The notes under the pieces were generated by a model. It did no database searches and had not been told where the DNA came from. It was given only the letters and a program-made list of their open reading frames with translations. Of a DNA stretch of 41,043 nucleotides, positions 18,678 through 27,420 are shown in pieces; positions within the stretch are counted from its first letter, which is position 1; the number at the start of each line of letters is the position of its first letter. Source of the DNA: a virus (lineage: Duplodnaviria > Heunggongvirae > Uroviricota > Caudoviricetes); IMG/VR virus record IMGVR_UViG_2563366998_000006; one strand, given 5' to 3'. Both the position numbers and the translations under genes were made by a program.

Positions 18678-18819
18678 AACGCCCCAGCCAGTCATTCCCG
18701 ACCCGCTGACCTATGGGGCCAGTCTGGATCTGAATGTGAGCCTGCTTTCGGCGCTGGGCCAGTGCAACATCGACAAGGCCAGTATCAGGAAGATAGAAAC
18801 GTCACGCAACTCACAGTAG
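18562..18819 (+). CDS. Rz1-like outer-membrane lipoprotein spanin (overlapped, not fully embedded)
   Basis: +1 frame within and beyond Rz; MMIVLQVMCLLPLLTGC has a lipobox; Pro-rich mature region; start could also be the ATG at 18565 or 18583. Confidence 0.5.
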   Translation: MMIVLQVMCLLPLLTGCGSTRTVYVPVPAVPLPTSLTTETPQPVIPDPLTYGASLDLNVSLLSALGQCNIDKASIRKIETSRNSQ

Positions 18820-18858
18820 CCATTACAAAGCTCATCTGCGGGTGGGCTTTGTAATGGC
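18819..18858. terminator. Stem-loop between convergent genes (13-bp perfect stem), possible bidirectional terminator
   Basis: GCCATTACAAAGC (18819-18831) and GCTTTGTAATGGC (18846-18858) with a 14-nt loop, starting at the Rz1 stop codon. Confidence 0.4.
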
Positions 18859-19164
18859 TTATTCGTAGTTGTCACCAGGGAAGTATTCCTGAAACTTTGA
18901 TTTTGGGAGCTGGGTTTTCGCGAAGTTCGCAAGCCTTCCTCTTGTAAGCATGTAGTCACACCCACCTTCTTGTTTGAGAAGGTCACCAGCTAATGTCCGA
19001 TACACAACGTCACTTCGCAAAATTTCAATGGTGGAATTCCTGATGAGAAATGTTTCACACATCGGGCATCTAATTAACCAAGCGGTATCACGGTTCTGCC
19101 AGGTCGCATCTGAATTGCAAGCCGGGCAGCATTTCTGATCTTCTTGTCCTATGACCATTGTCAT
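18859..19164 (-). CDS. Hypothetical zinc-ribbon protein on the opposite strand
   Basis: 101-aa ORF with CPACN...CPMC motif; sits between the lysis cassette and the HNH gene; true start may be the second ATG at 19158 (GAGAG RBS). Confidence 0.45.
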   Translation of the reverse strand: MTMVIGQEDQKCCPACNSDATWQNRDTAWLIRCPMCETFLIRNSTIEILRSDVVYRTLAGDLLKQEGGCDYMLTRGRLANFAKTQLPKSKFQEYFPGDNYE

Positions 19165-19237
19165 GCTCTCGCATAGTGAAGGAATTTTCAGATTAACTCA
19201 TTTTCAGACGCATCGTAATGGCTTAAGGAAACAATTA

Positions 19238-19588
19238 ATGCCACCACGTACACCAAAAGCCTGCCGCGTTCGCGGTTGCCGCCATACCACAACTGACCCG
19301 TCAGGCTATTGCGAAAGCCACAAAAGCGAAGGCTGGAAGCAATACAAACCAGGCCTGTCACGTCATCAGCGCGGTTACGGTTCGAAGTGGGATACCATCC
19401 GTGAACGTGTGCTGAAGCGTGACAAAGGCCTGTGTCAGTTATGTCTGCGTTCTGGTGTGGTGCGTGAGGCGAAAACCGTTGACCACATCATCCCTAAAGC
19501 GCATGGCGGCACTGATGCTGACAGTAATCTGCAGAGTCTGTGCTGGCCGTGCCATAAGGCGAAGACGGCCCGTGAACGGTTAAAGTGA
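19238..19588 (+). CDS. HNH endonuclease (terminase-associated)
   Basis: 116 aa from the ATG at 19238 (AAGGA RBS); CRVRGCRHTT...CQLC...VDHIIPKAHGGTD...NLQSLCWPCH HNH/zinc-finger motifs. Confidence 0.85.
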   Translation: MPPRTPKACRVRGCRHTTTDPSGYCESHKSEGWKQYKPGLSRHQRGYGSKWDTIRERVLKRDKGLCQLCLRSGVVREAKTVDHIIPKAHGGTDADSNLQSLCWPCHKAKTARERLK

Positions 19589-19614
19589 TAATAATTCTCA
19601 ACTGTCTGAGGGGA

Positions 19615-19677
19615 GGGGCGGGTCAAATCCCTGTGACCTGACGTCTTCCGGACTGCCCGCCCCATCGTTTTTTTATA
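19615..19677 (+). other. GC-rich 8-bp inverted repeat (GGGGCGGG/CCCGCCCC) followed by a T7 run; terminator-like or cos-proximal element
   Basis: Arms at 19615-19622 and 19656-19663 followed by TTTTTTT at 19669-19675, between the HNH and small terminase genes. Confidence 0.35.
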
Positions 19678-19713
19678 CCCGCGAAAAATGAAATTTAACC
19701 AGGAGTGCCGCAT

Positions 19714-20208
19714 ATGGCTGGAACGGCGGGGCGTTCCGGGCGTCGCCCCAAGCCAACGGCGCGCAAGGCGCTGGCCGGAAACCCCGGCAAGCGAGCCCTG
19801 AATAAAGATGAACCTGTTTTTACGCCCATCAAAGGTGTTGAGCCACCGGAGTGGTTCGCTGAAGAAGATCTCCCTCTCGCTACGATCATGTGGCAACTGA
19901 CAACTAAAGAACTCTGCGGTCAGGGCCTGCTGTGCGTGACTGACCTCGCGGTGCTTGAGCGGTGGTGCGTGGCCTACGAGTTCTGGCGACGTGCCGTGAA
20001 AAATATTGCCAGACAGGGCAACACCATCACCGGTGCAATGGGCGGTATGGTCAAAAATCCGGAGCTGACCGCCAAAAAAGAACAGGAGTCCGAGATGAGC
20101 AGTACGGGGGCAATGCTCGGACTCGACCCCAGCAGCCGCCAGCGTCTGATTGGCCTGGCGGGGCAGAAGAAAACCACTAACCCGTTTCTGAAAATCATCG
20201 AATCATGA
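19714..20208 (+). CDS. Terminase small subunit
   Basis: 164 aa from the ATG at 19714 (AGGAG RBS 8 nt upstream); [14 protein letters not shown]... directly upstream of the large terminase with overlapping stop/start. Confidence 0.8.
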   Translation: MAGTAGRSGRRPKPTARKALAGNPGKRALNKDEPVFTPIKGVEPPEWFAEEDLPLATIMWQLTTKELCGQGLLCVTDLAVLERWCVAYEFWRRAVKNIARQGNTITGAMGGMVKNPELTAKKEQESEMSSTGAMLGLDPSSRQRLIGLAGQKKTTNPFLKIIES

Positions 20209-21938
20209 GCCGGAAATCTTACCCCAACGTAAATGCTGCCAATCAGTATGCCCGGGATGTCGTGCGCGGAAAGATTGTGGCCTGCCAGTTTGTGATTCAG
20301 GCCTGCCAGCGCCATCTTGATGACCTGATGGAGGAAAAAAGTAAGTCGTTTCGTTACCGCTTCGACAAGGACCTGGCTGAACGGGCCGCGAAATTTATTC
20401 AGCTGTTGCCGCACACCAAGGGTGAGTGGGCATTCAAACGGATGCCCATCACGCTGGAGCCGTGGCAGCTATTTGTGATCTGCTGTGCGTTTGGCTGGGT
20501 CAATAAAGGCACCCGGTTGCGCCGCTTCCGGGAGGTGTATACCGAAATCCCCCGTAAGAACGGCAAATCAGCAATCTCTGCCGGTGTCGCCCTGTATTGT
20601 TTTGCCTGTGATAACGAGTTCGGCGCGGAAGTGTATTCCGGTGCCACGACAGAGAAACAGGCATGGGAAGTCTTTCGTCCGGCAAGACTGATGTGTAAAC
20701 GCACACCCATGCTGACGGAAGCGTTCGGGATTGAGGTTAACGCCTCAAACATGAACCGTCCGGAGGATGGTGCGCGTTTTGAACCGCTGATCGGTAACCC
20801 CGGTGATGGTTCATCACCCCACTGTGCGGTGGTGGATGAATATCACGAGCACGCCACAGATGCGCTTTACACCACGATGCTTACCGGGATGGGGGCGCGA
20901 CGTCAGCCACTGATGTGGGCTATCACTACCGCCGGGTACAACATTGAGGGGCCGTGCTACGACAAACGGCGGGAAGTCATCGAGATGCTCAACGGCTCGG
21001 TGCCTAACGATGAACTGTTCGGGATCATCTATACCGTTGATGAAGGTGACGACTGGACCGACCCGCAGGTGCTGGAAAAAGCCAATCCAAATATTGGCGT
21101 GTCGGTTTATCGCGAATTTTTGTTAAGTCAGCAGCAGCGTGCGAAAAATAACGCCCGTCTGGCAAACGTCTTTAAAACAAAACACCTCAATATCTGGGTG
21201 TCGGCGCGTTCGGCGTATTTCAACCTGGTGAGCTGGCAGAGCTGCGAGGATAAATCACTGTCCCTTGAGCAGTTCGAGGGGCAGCCGTGCATTCTGGCCT
21301 TTGACCTGGCGCGTAAACTGGATATGAACAGCATGGCGCGACTTTATACCCGCGAGATTGACGGTAAAACGCATTACTACAGTGTAGCCCCGCGTTTCTG
21401 GGTACCGTATGACACGGTGTACAGCGTCGAGAAAAATGAAGATCGACGGACAGCCGAACGCTTTCAGAAATGGGTGGAAATGGGCGTTCTGACCGTTACC
21501 GATGGTGCGGAGGTGGATTATCGCTACATCCTCGAGGAGGCCAAAGCGGCGAACAAAATCAGCCCGGTCAGTGAGTCACCCATCGACCCCTTCGGGGCGA
21601 CCGGGTTGTCACATGACCTTGCTGATGAAGACCTGAACCCCATCACTATCATTCAGAACTACACCAACATGTCCGACCCGATGAAAGAGCTGGAAGCGGC
21701 AATTGAATCGGGGCGCTTTCATCATGACGGCAATCCCATCATGACCTGGTGTATCGGCAACGTGGTCGGCAAAACCATTCCGGGTAACGATGATGTGGTG
21801 AAACCCGTCAAAGAGCAGGCGGAAAACAAAATCGATGGTGCAGTTGCGCTGATTATGGCGGTTGGCAGAGCCATGCTGTACGAGAAAGAAGACACGCTGT
21901 CTGACCACATTGAGTCCTACGGGATCCGCTCGCTTTAA
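20205..21938 (+). CDS. Terminase large subunit
   Basis: 577 aa; size, position and ATPase/nuclease layout typical of HK97-type TerL. Confidence 0.9.
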   Translation: MSRKSYPNVNAANQYARDVVRGKIVACQFVIQACQRHLDDLMEEKSKSFRYRFDKDLAERAAKFIQLLPHTKGEWAFKRMPITLEPWQLFVICCAFGWVNKGTRLRRFREVYTEIPRKNGKSAISAGVALYCFACDNEFGAEVYSGATTEKQAWEVFRPARLMCKRTPMLTEAFGIEVNASNMNRPEDGARFEPLIGNPGDGSSPHCAVVDEYHEHATDALYTTMLTGMGARRQPLMWAITTAGYNIEGPCYDKRREVIEMLNGSVPNDELFGIIYTVDEGDDWTDPQVLEKANPNIGVSVYREFLLSQQQRAKNNARLANVFKTKHLNIWVSARSAYFNLVSWQSCEDKSLSLEQFEGQPCILAFDLARKLDMNSMARLYTREIDGKTHYYSVAPRFWVPYDTVYSVEKNEDRRTAERFQKWVEMGVLTVTDGAEVDYRYILEEAKAANKISPVSESPIDPFGATGLSHDLADEDLNPITIIQNYTNMSDPMKELEAAIESGRFHHDGNPIMTWCIGNVVGKTIPGNDDVVKPVKEQAENKIDGAVALIMAVGRAMLYEKEDTLSDHIESYGIRSL

Positions 21939-21949
21939 CTGAGGTAATT

Positions 21950-22132
21950 ATGATCATGCTGATTCTCGCGCCTCTGGTGGGCGTGCTGGGTGCGCTTTTG
22001 CTGGCATATGGTGCCTGGCTGATTTATCCCCCGGCGGGTTTTGTTGTTGCCGGGGCGCTGTGCCTGTTCTGGTCGTGGCTGGTGGCGCGATATCTCGATC
22101 GTACACAGCTGTCTGTCGGCGGAGGTAAATAG
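21950..22132 (+). CDS. Small hydrophobic protein
   Basis: 60-aa ORF with two hydrophobic segments between TerL and portal. Confidence 0.4.
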   Translation: MIMLILAPLVGVLGALLLAYGAWLIYPPAGFVVAGALCLFWSWLVARYLDRTQLSVGGGK

Positions 22133-23373
22133 TGTTCTTTTCGGGATTATTTCAACGAAAAAGTGACGCACCGGTGACCACGCCAGCAGAGCTGGCGGAT
22201 GCCATCGGGTTGTCCTACGACACCTATACCGGAAAGCAGATCAGCAGCCAGCGGGCCATGCGACTGACGGCGGTTTTTTCCTGTGTCAGGGTGCTGGCGG
22301 AGTCGGTCGGGATGTTGCCCTGCAACCTGTATCACCTGAACGGCAGCCTGAAGCAGAGAGCCACCGACGAACGTCTGCATAAGCTGATCTCCACGCATCC
22401 CAATGGCTATATGACGCCGCAGGAGTTCTGGGAGCTGGTGGTCACCTGTCTGTGCCTGCGGGGAAACTTTTACGCCTACAAAGTGAAAGCATTTGGCGAA
22501 GTGGCTGAACTGCTGCCCGTCGATCCCGGCTGTGTGGTACCGAAGCTTAACAGTAGCTGGGAGCCGGTCTATCAGGTCACATTCCCGGATGGCTCCACGG
22601 ATGTACTGAGCCAGGAGGATATCTGGCATGTGCGCACGCTGACGCTGGACGGTCTGGTGGGACTGAATCCCGTCGCCTATGCCCGTGAGGCAATATCGCT
22701 GGCAGCTGCGACCGAAGAGCACGGGGCCGGACTGTTCAGCAATGGCGCGGTGACGTCGGGTGTGTTGCGTACAGAACAGACGCTGTCGGATCAGGCTTAT
22801 GAGCGCCTGAAGAAAGATTTTGAGGAGCGTCACACCGGGCTTGGTAATGCTCACCGCCCGATGATCCTTGAGATGGGGCTGGACTGGAAGTCGATGGCGC
22901 TGAACGCCGAGGACAGCCAGTTCCTGGAAACCCGCAAGTTTCAGCTTGAAGAAATCTGTCGTCTGTTCCGGGTGCCGTTGCACATGGTGCAGAACACCGA
23001 TCGCGCCACCTTCAACAATATCGAAGAGCTGGGGCTGGGATTTATCAACTATTCACTGGTGCCGTATCTGACCCGCATCGAACAGCGGATCAACACCGGA
23101 CTGGTACGAAAAAGTAAGCAGGGCGTTTATTACGCCAAATTTAACGCCGGGGCGTTACTGCGCGGGGATATGAAGTCCCGTTTTGAAGCCTACGCCACCG
23201 GGATCAACTGGGGAATTTACTCTCCCAATGACTGCCGCGATCTGGAAGATATGAATCCGCGTCCCGGTGGTGATGTCTATCTCACACCGATGAACATGAC
23301 CACGAAACCCTCCGATGGCAGTAAAGCCGGTAAGCAGAAGGATAACGCCAATGCAGACGAAACAACGTCTTGA
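22132..23373 (+). CDS. Portal protein (HK97 family)
   Basis: 413 aa, immediately after the terminase; typical size and position. Confidence 0.85.
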   Translation: MFFSGLFQRKSDAPVTTPAELADAIGLSYDTYTGKQISSQRAMRLTAVFSCVRVLAESVGMLPCNLYHLNGSLKQRATDERLHKLISTHPNGYMTPQEFWELVVTCLCLRGNFYAYKVKAFGEVAELLPVDPGCVVPKLNSSWEPVYQVTFPDGSTDVLSQEDIWHVRTLTLDGLVGLNPVAYAREAISLAAATEEHGAGLFSNGAVTSGVLRTEQTLSDQAYERLKKDFEERHTGLGNAHRPMILEMGLDWKSMALNAEDSQFLETRKFQLEEICRLFRVPLHMVQNTDRATFNNIEELGLGFINYSLVPYLTRIEQRINTGLVRKSKQGVYYAKFNAGALLRGDMKSRFEAYATGINWGIYSPNDCRDLEDMNPRPGGDVYLTPMNMTTKPSDGSKAGKQKDNANADETTS

Positions 23374-24001
23374 TGTACCGCTGAGTCTGAAGTCTATCAG
23401 TGACTCCGGTGAGTTTGAAGGGTATGGCTCCGTCTTTGGTGTAAAGGACAGCCACGATGATGTGGTGATGTCCGGGGCATTTGCCGCCTCCCTGCGGGCG
23501 TGGAGTGACAGAAAAGCGTTACCTGCGCTGCTCTGGCAGCACCGCATGGATGAGCCCATCGGTGTTTACACCGAAATGAAGGAAGACGATGTCGGGCTTT
23601 ACGTCAGGGGGCGGTTGCTCATTGATGATGATCCCCTGGCAAAACGCGCACATGCACACATGAAGGCCGGTTCGTTAACCGGCCTTTCTATTGGGTACGT
23701 CCTGAAAGACTGGGAATACGACCGGACGAAAGAAGCCTTTCTGCTAAAAGAAATCGACCTCTGGGAAGTCAGTCTGGTGACGTTCCCGTCTAACGACGAG
23801 GCACGGATCAGCGACGTCAAGAACGCGCTGGCCCGCGGGGAAATCCCCGAACAGAAAAAAATCGAAAGAGTCCTGCGTGATGTCGGACTCTCCCGTACCC
23901 AGGCCAAAGCATTCATGGCCGGGGGCTATAGCGCACTGTCCCTGCGCGACGCTGAGGATGTGAGCTCTGCACTGAATGCACTGAAAAATCTGAACTTCTA
24001 A
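23351..24001 (+). CDS. Prohead protease (HK97 family)
   Basis: 216 aa from the ATG at 23351; lies between portal and major capsid; GYGSVFGVKDSHDDVV motif region. Confidence 0.8.
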   Translation: MQTKQRLDVPLSLKSISDSGEFEGYGSVFGVKDSHDDVVMSGAFAASLRAWSDRKALPALLWQHRMDEPIGVYTEMKEDDVGLYVRGRLLIDDDPLAKRAHAHMKAGSLTGLSIGYVLKDWEYDRTKEAFLLKEIDLWEVSLVTFPSNDEARISDVKNALARGEIPEQKKIERVLRDVGLSRTQAKAFMAGGYSALSLRDAEDVSSALNALKNLNF

Positions 24002-24015
24002 TCAGGAGAAATACG

Positions 24016-25221
24016 ATGGCGGTAGATATTAAAGATGTCGAACAGGTCGCGCAGGAGCTGCAGCAGAAGTTTGACGACTTCAAAGCAAAGAACGACAAGC
24101 GCGTGGAGGCGATTGAGCAGGAAAAAGGCAAACTTGCCGGGCAGGTGGAAACCCTGAACGGAAAACTCAGCGAGCTGGAAAATCTCAAAAGCGACCTTGA
24201 AAAAGAGCTGCTTGAGCTGAAACGTCCGGCAGGTGGTGCGCAAAATAAACTGGCCACCGAGCATAAAGAGGCGTTTGTGGGTTTTCTGCGTAAAGGCCGT
24301 GAAGACGGTCTGCGCGATCTGGAGCGTAAGGCATTGCAGGTGGGCACCGATGAAGACGGTGGCTACGCCGTGCCGGAAGAACTGGATCGCAACATTCTCA
24401 ACCTGCTGAAAGATGAAGTGGTGATGCGTCAGGAAGCCACGGTGATCACCGTTGGCGGTTCCGACTACAAAAAACTGGTGAATCTGGGCGGTACGGCTTC
24501 CGGATGGGTGGGGGAAACGGATACGCGATCCCAGACTGCCACCTCCAGACTGGAGCTGATTGAACCTCTCATGGGGGAAATCTACGGTAACCCGCAGGCC
24601 ACCCAGAAAATGCTGGACGATGCCTTTTTCAACGTGGAGGCCTGGATCAACAGCGAGCTGGCAACCGAATTTGCCGAACAGGAAGAAATTGCCTTTACCT
24701 CCGGCGATGGCACCAAGAAGCCAAAAGGGTTCCTGGCGTATGAATCCACCGATGAAACCGATAAGGTCCGGGCGTTCGGCAAACTTCAGCATATTGTATC
24801 CGGCGAAGCGACGGCGGTGACCGCAGACGCCATTATCAAACTGATTTACACGCTGCGTAAGGCACACCGCACTGGCGCGAAATTCATGATGAACAACAAC
24901 AGCCTGTTTGCCATCCGTCTGCTGAAAGACAGCGAGGGTAACTATCTGTGGCGTCCGGGGCTGGAACTGGGGCAGCCGTCCTCTCTGGCGGGTTACGGTA
25001 TCGCTGAAAACGAACAGATGCCGGATATCGCCGCTGATGCGAAAGCCATTGCATTTGGTAACTTCAAACGGGGTTACACCATCGTTGACCGTATCGGCAC
25101 CCGCATTCTGCGTGACCCGTACACCAATAAACCGTTTGTCGGTTTTTATACCACCAAGCGCACCGGCGGGATGCTGGTCGATTCGCAGGCCATCAAACTG
25201 CTGAAGATTGCAGCGGCGTAA
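24016..25221 (+). CDS. Major capsid protein (HK97 fold)
   Basis: 401 aa with N-terminal coiled-coil delta-domain-like region, following the protease. Confidence 0.9.
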   Translation: MAVDIKDVEQVAQELQQKFDDFKAKNDKRVEAIEQEKGKLAGQVETLNGKLSELENLKSDLEKELLELKRPAGGAQNKLATEHKEAFVGFLRKGREDGLRDLERKALQVGTDEDGGYAVPEELDRNILNLLKDEVVMRQEATVITVGGSDYKKLVNLGGTASGWVGETDTRSQTATSRLELIEPLMGEIYGNPQATQKMLDDAFFNVEAWINSELATEFAEQEEIAFTSGDGTKKPKGFLAYESTDETDKVRAFGKLQHIVSGEATAVTADAIIKLIYTLRKAHRTGAKFMMNNNSLFAIRLLKDSEGNYLWRPGLELGQPSSLAGYGIAENEQMPDIAADAKAIAFGNFKRGYTIVDRIGTRILRDPYTNKPFVGFYTTKRTGGMLVDSQAIKLLKIAAA

Positions 25222-25228
25222 TCACTCA

Positions 25229-25257
25229 GGGGCGCGGAACCGCGCCCCTGTTCTGAC
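25229..25257 (+). terminator. Strong GC stem-loop immediately after the capsid gene (terminator/mRNA stabiliser)
   Basis: GGGGCGCGG-AA-CCGCGCCCC perfect 9-bp stem followed by TGTTCTG. Confidence 0.5.
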
Positions 25258-25269
25258 GGGTGAAGAATC

Positions 25270-25470
25270 ATGATCCTGAAACAAGATCTGAAATGGTCAC
25301 CGGACGGTATGCGTGTTGAGGTCATTCGGGCCGGTGAGTATGACGACGGGGCGCTTCCTGCCCGGGTGCAGGAGATTGCACTTCAGGCTGGGTTAGCAGA
25401 GCGCGGAATCAGTACAAAAAGCAGTAAAGCGGCAAAAGAGAAAAAAGCCACGACCAGTAAAGAGGGCTGA
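25270..25470 (+). CDS. Hypothetical small head-region protein
   Basis: 66-aa ORF between capsid and connector genes. Confidence 0.4.
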   Translation: MILKQDLKWSPDGMRVEVIRAGEYDDGALPARVQEIALQAGLAERGISTKSSKAAKEKKATTSKEG

Positions 25471-25472
25471 GT

Positions 25473-25796
25473 ATGCTTCTGACAATGGAAGAGATTAAAG
25501 CCCAACTCCGGCTGGATGAGGATTTCGATGCTGATGACCGCCATCTGCAACTGCTGGCCTGTGCGGCGCAAAAGCGGACGGAAACGTATCTGAACCGGAA
25601 GCTCTATGCACCGGATGAAACCATTCCGGACAGCGATCCGGACGGGCTGCACCTGCCGGATGATATTCGTCTGGGGATGCTGATGCTTATCAGCCATTTT
25701 TACGAAAACCGCTCGTCGGTTACGGAAGTGGAGAAACTCGACATGCCGCAGAGTTTTGGCTGGCTTGTCGGCCCGTACAGGTACTTTCCGCAATGA
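25473..25796 (+). CDS. Head-tail connector (gp6-like)
   Basis: 107 aa; position and size typical. Confidence 0.7.
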   Translation: MLLTMEEIKAQLRLDEDFDADDRHLQLLACAAQKRTETYLNRKLYAPDETIPDSDPDGLHLPDDIRLGMLMLISHFYENRSSVTEVEKLDMPQSFGWLVGPYRYFPQ

Positions 25797-26203
25797 AAAT
25801 TCGTCAGGCGCAGACCAGCGCAACCTACATTCTGCCGGACCCCGGTGAACTGAATAAACGCGTCCTGATCCGCCAGCGGGTGGATATGCCCGCGGATAAC
25901 TTTGGCGTGGAGCATCAATACCCGGTTACGTTCCGGACATGGGCGAAGGTTATCCAGACCAGTGCCACCACCTGGCAGGAAACCGCGCAGACTGGAGACG
26001 CCATCACCCATTACATCACCATTCGCTACCGCCGGGGGATCACCGCTGATTATGAGGTGGTCTGCGGTGACAGTGTGTACCGGGTGAAACGTCAGCGCGA
26101 TCTGAACGGGGCGCGGCGCTTTCTGCTGCTGGAGTGTACGGAACTGGGCGAATTTACGCAGAGTCACGGAGGCAGCAATGGCGACTCCCTTTTTTCACGT
26201 TGA
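25793..26203 (+). CDS. Head closure/adaptor protein
   Basis: 136 aa; overlapping gene order in the head-completion module. Confidence 0.65.
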   Translation: MKIRQAQTSATYILPDPGELNKRVLIRQRVDMPADNFGVEHQYPVTFRTWAKVIQTSATTWQETAQTGDAITHYITIRYRRGITADYEVVCGDSVYRVKRQRDLNGARRFLLLECTELGEFTQSHGGSNGDSLFSR

Positions 26204-26684
26204 TGTTCAGCAGCCCGCGGAGATGCGCTTTAACCGCGCCCGTGTCCGGCGGGCGTTTGTCACGATTGGGCAGCGTCATATGCGTGATGCCCGTCGGCTG
26301 GTGATGCGCCGTGCGCGGTCGGCACCGGGTGAAAATCCCGGTTATCAGACCGGACGTCTGGCTCGTTCGATTGGTTACATGGTGCCGAGAGCCAGTAAAA
26401 AGCGAGCCGGTTTTATGACACGCATTGCCCCTAACCAGCGCAACGGGAAGGGGAACCGGATGATCTCTGGTGACTTCTATCCGGCGTTTCTGTTTTTTGG
26501 TGTCCGGGGAGGAGCAAAACGTCGTCGTAGCCATCATCGTGGTGCATCCGGTGGCAGCGGCTGGCGGCTGGCTCCACGTAATAACTTTATGGTGGAAACT
26601 CTTGAAAAGAACCGCAGCTGGACACGCTATTTTCTGGCGCGGGAATTGCGTAAATCACTGAAGCCGGAGCGACGACACAGATGA
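26178..26684 (+). CDS. HK97 gp10-like head-tail joining protein
   Basis: 168 aa basic protein in the head-completion module. Confidence 0.6.
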   Translation: MATPFFHVDVQQPAEMRFNRARVRRAFVTIGQRHMRDARRLVMRRARSAPGENPGYQTGRLARSIGYMVPRASKKRAGFMTRIAPNQRNGKGNRMISGDFYPAFLFFGVRGGAKRRRSHHRGASGGSGWRLAPRNNFMVETLEKNRSWTRYFLARELRKSLKPERRHR

Positions 26685-27241
26685 AACTGACGCCTGTTAT
26701 TGCTGCGCTGCGTGCCCGCTGCCCGTATTTTGAAAACCGGGTGGCAGGCGCGGCACAGTTCAAAAATCTGCCGGAGGTCGGAAAGCTGAGACTCCCGGCG
26801 GCGTATGTGGTACCGGGTGATGACTCTCCGGGAGAAAACAAAAGCCAGACCGACTACTGGCAGGAGCTGAAAGAGGGCTTCTCCGTGGTTGTCATACTGA
26901 GTAACGGGCGTGATGAGCGCGGTCAGTTTGCCTCGTATGATGTGGTGGACGATGTCCGGCAGATGCTCTTTAAGGCTCTGCTGGGCTGGAACCCGGAAGC
27001 GTGCGGTAACCCGATTACCTATGACGGCGGCACGCTGCTGGATCTGAATCGTCATGAGCTGATTTATCAGTTCGATTTTTCGGTCATCAGCGAGCTGACC
27101 GAAGACGATACCCGCCAGCAGGATGACCTGAACAGTCTGGATGAACTGCGAACGCTGGCGATTGATGTTGATTATCTCGATCCCGGTAACGGGCCTGACG
27201 GCGATATCGAACATCACACCGAAATAACCCTTCCTTCCTGA
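26681..27241 (+). CDS. Putative tail completion/neck protein
   Basis: 186 aa immediately upstream of the sheath gene cluster. Confidence 0.55.
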   Translation: MKLTPVIAALRARCPYFENRVAGAAQFKNLPEVGKLRLPAAYVVPGDDSPGENKSQTDYWQELKEGFSVVVILSNGRDERGQFASYDVVDDVRQMLFKALLGWNPEACGNPITYDGGTLLDLNRHELIYQFDFSVISELTEDDTRQQDDLNSLDELRTLAIDVDYLDPGNGPDGDIEHHTEITLPS

Positions 27242-27249
27242 GGATCCTC

Positions 27250-27420
27250 ATGTTTGTGAAACCTGTTAAAGGGCGGTCAGTGCCTGACCCTGCCCGCGGC
27301 GACCTTTTGCCCGCCGAAGGGCGAAATGTTGACGAGAACAACTACTGGCTGCGCCGTGAAGCAGCGGGTGATATCCGGCGCGTGAATAAAAAGGTGAATA
27401 CCGATGACGATAAGCTTTAA
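27250..27420 (+). CDS. Small protein preceding the tail sheath gene
   Basis: 56-aa ORF below the ORF-track size cutoff: MFVKPVKGRSVPDPARGDLLPAEGRNVDENNYWLRREAAGDIRRVNKKVNTDDDKL; its stop overlaps the sheath start. Confidence 0.45.
   Translation: MFVKPVKGRSVPDPARGDLLPAEGRNVDENNYWLRREAAGDIRRVNKKVNTDDDKL

Noticed and set aside
22147-22983. 278-aa minus-strand ORF
   Set aside because: Lies entirely antisense within the portal gene; GC-rich shadow ORF
23998-24867. 289-aa minus-strand ORF (and 23913-24347)
   Set aside because: Antisense within the major capsid gene; shadow ORFs
26627-27217. 196-aa minus-strand ORF
   Set aside because: Antisense to the tail completion gene within the co-directional late operon
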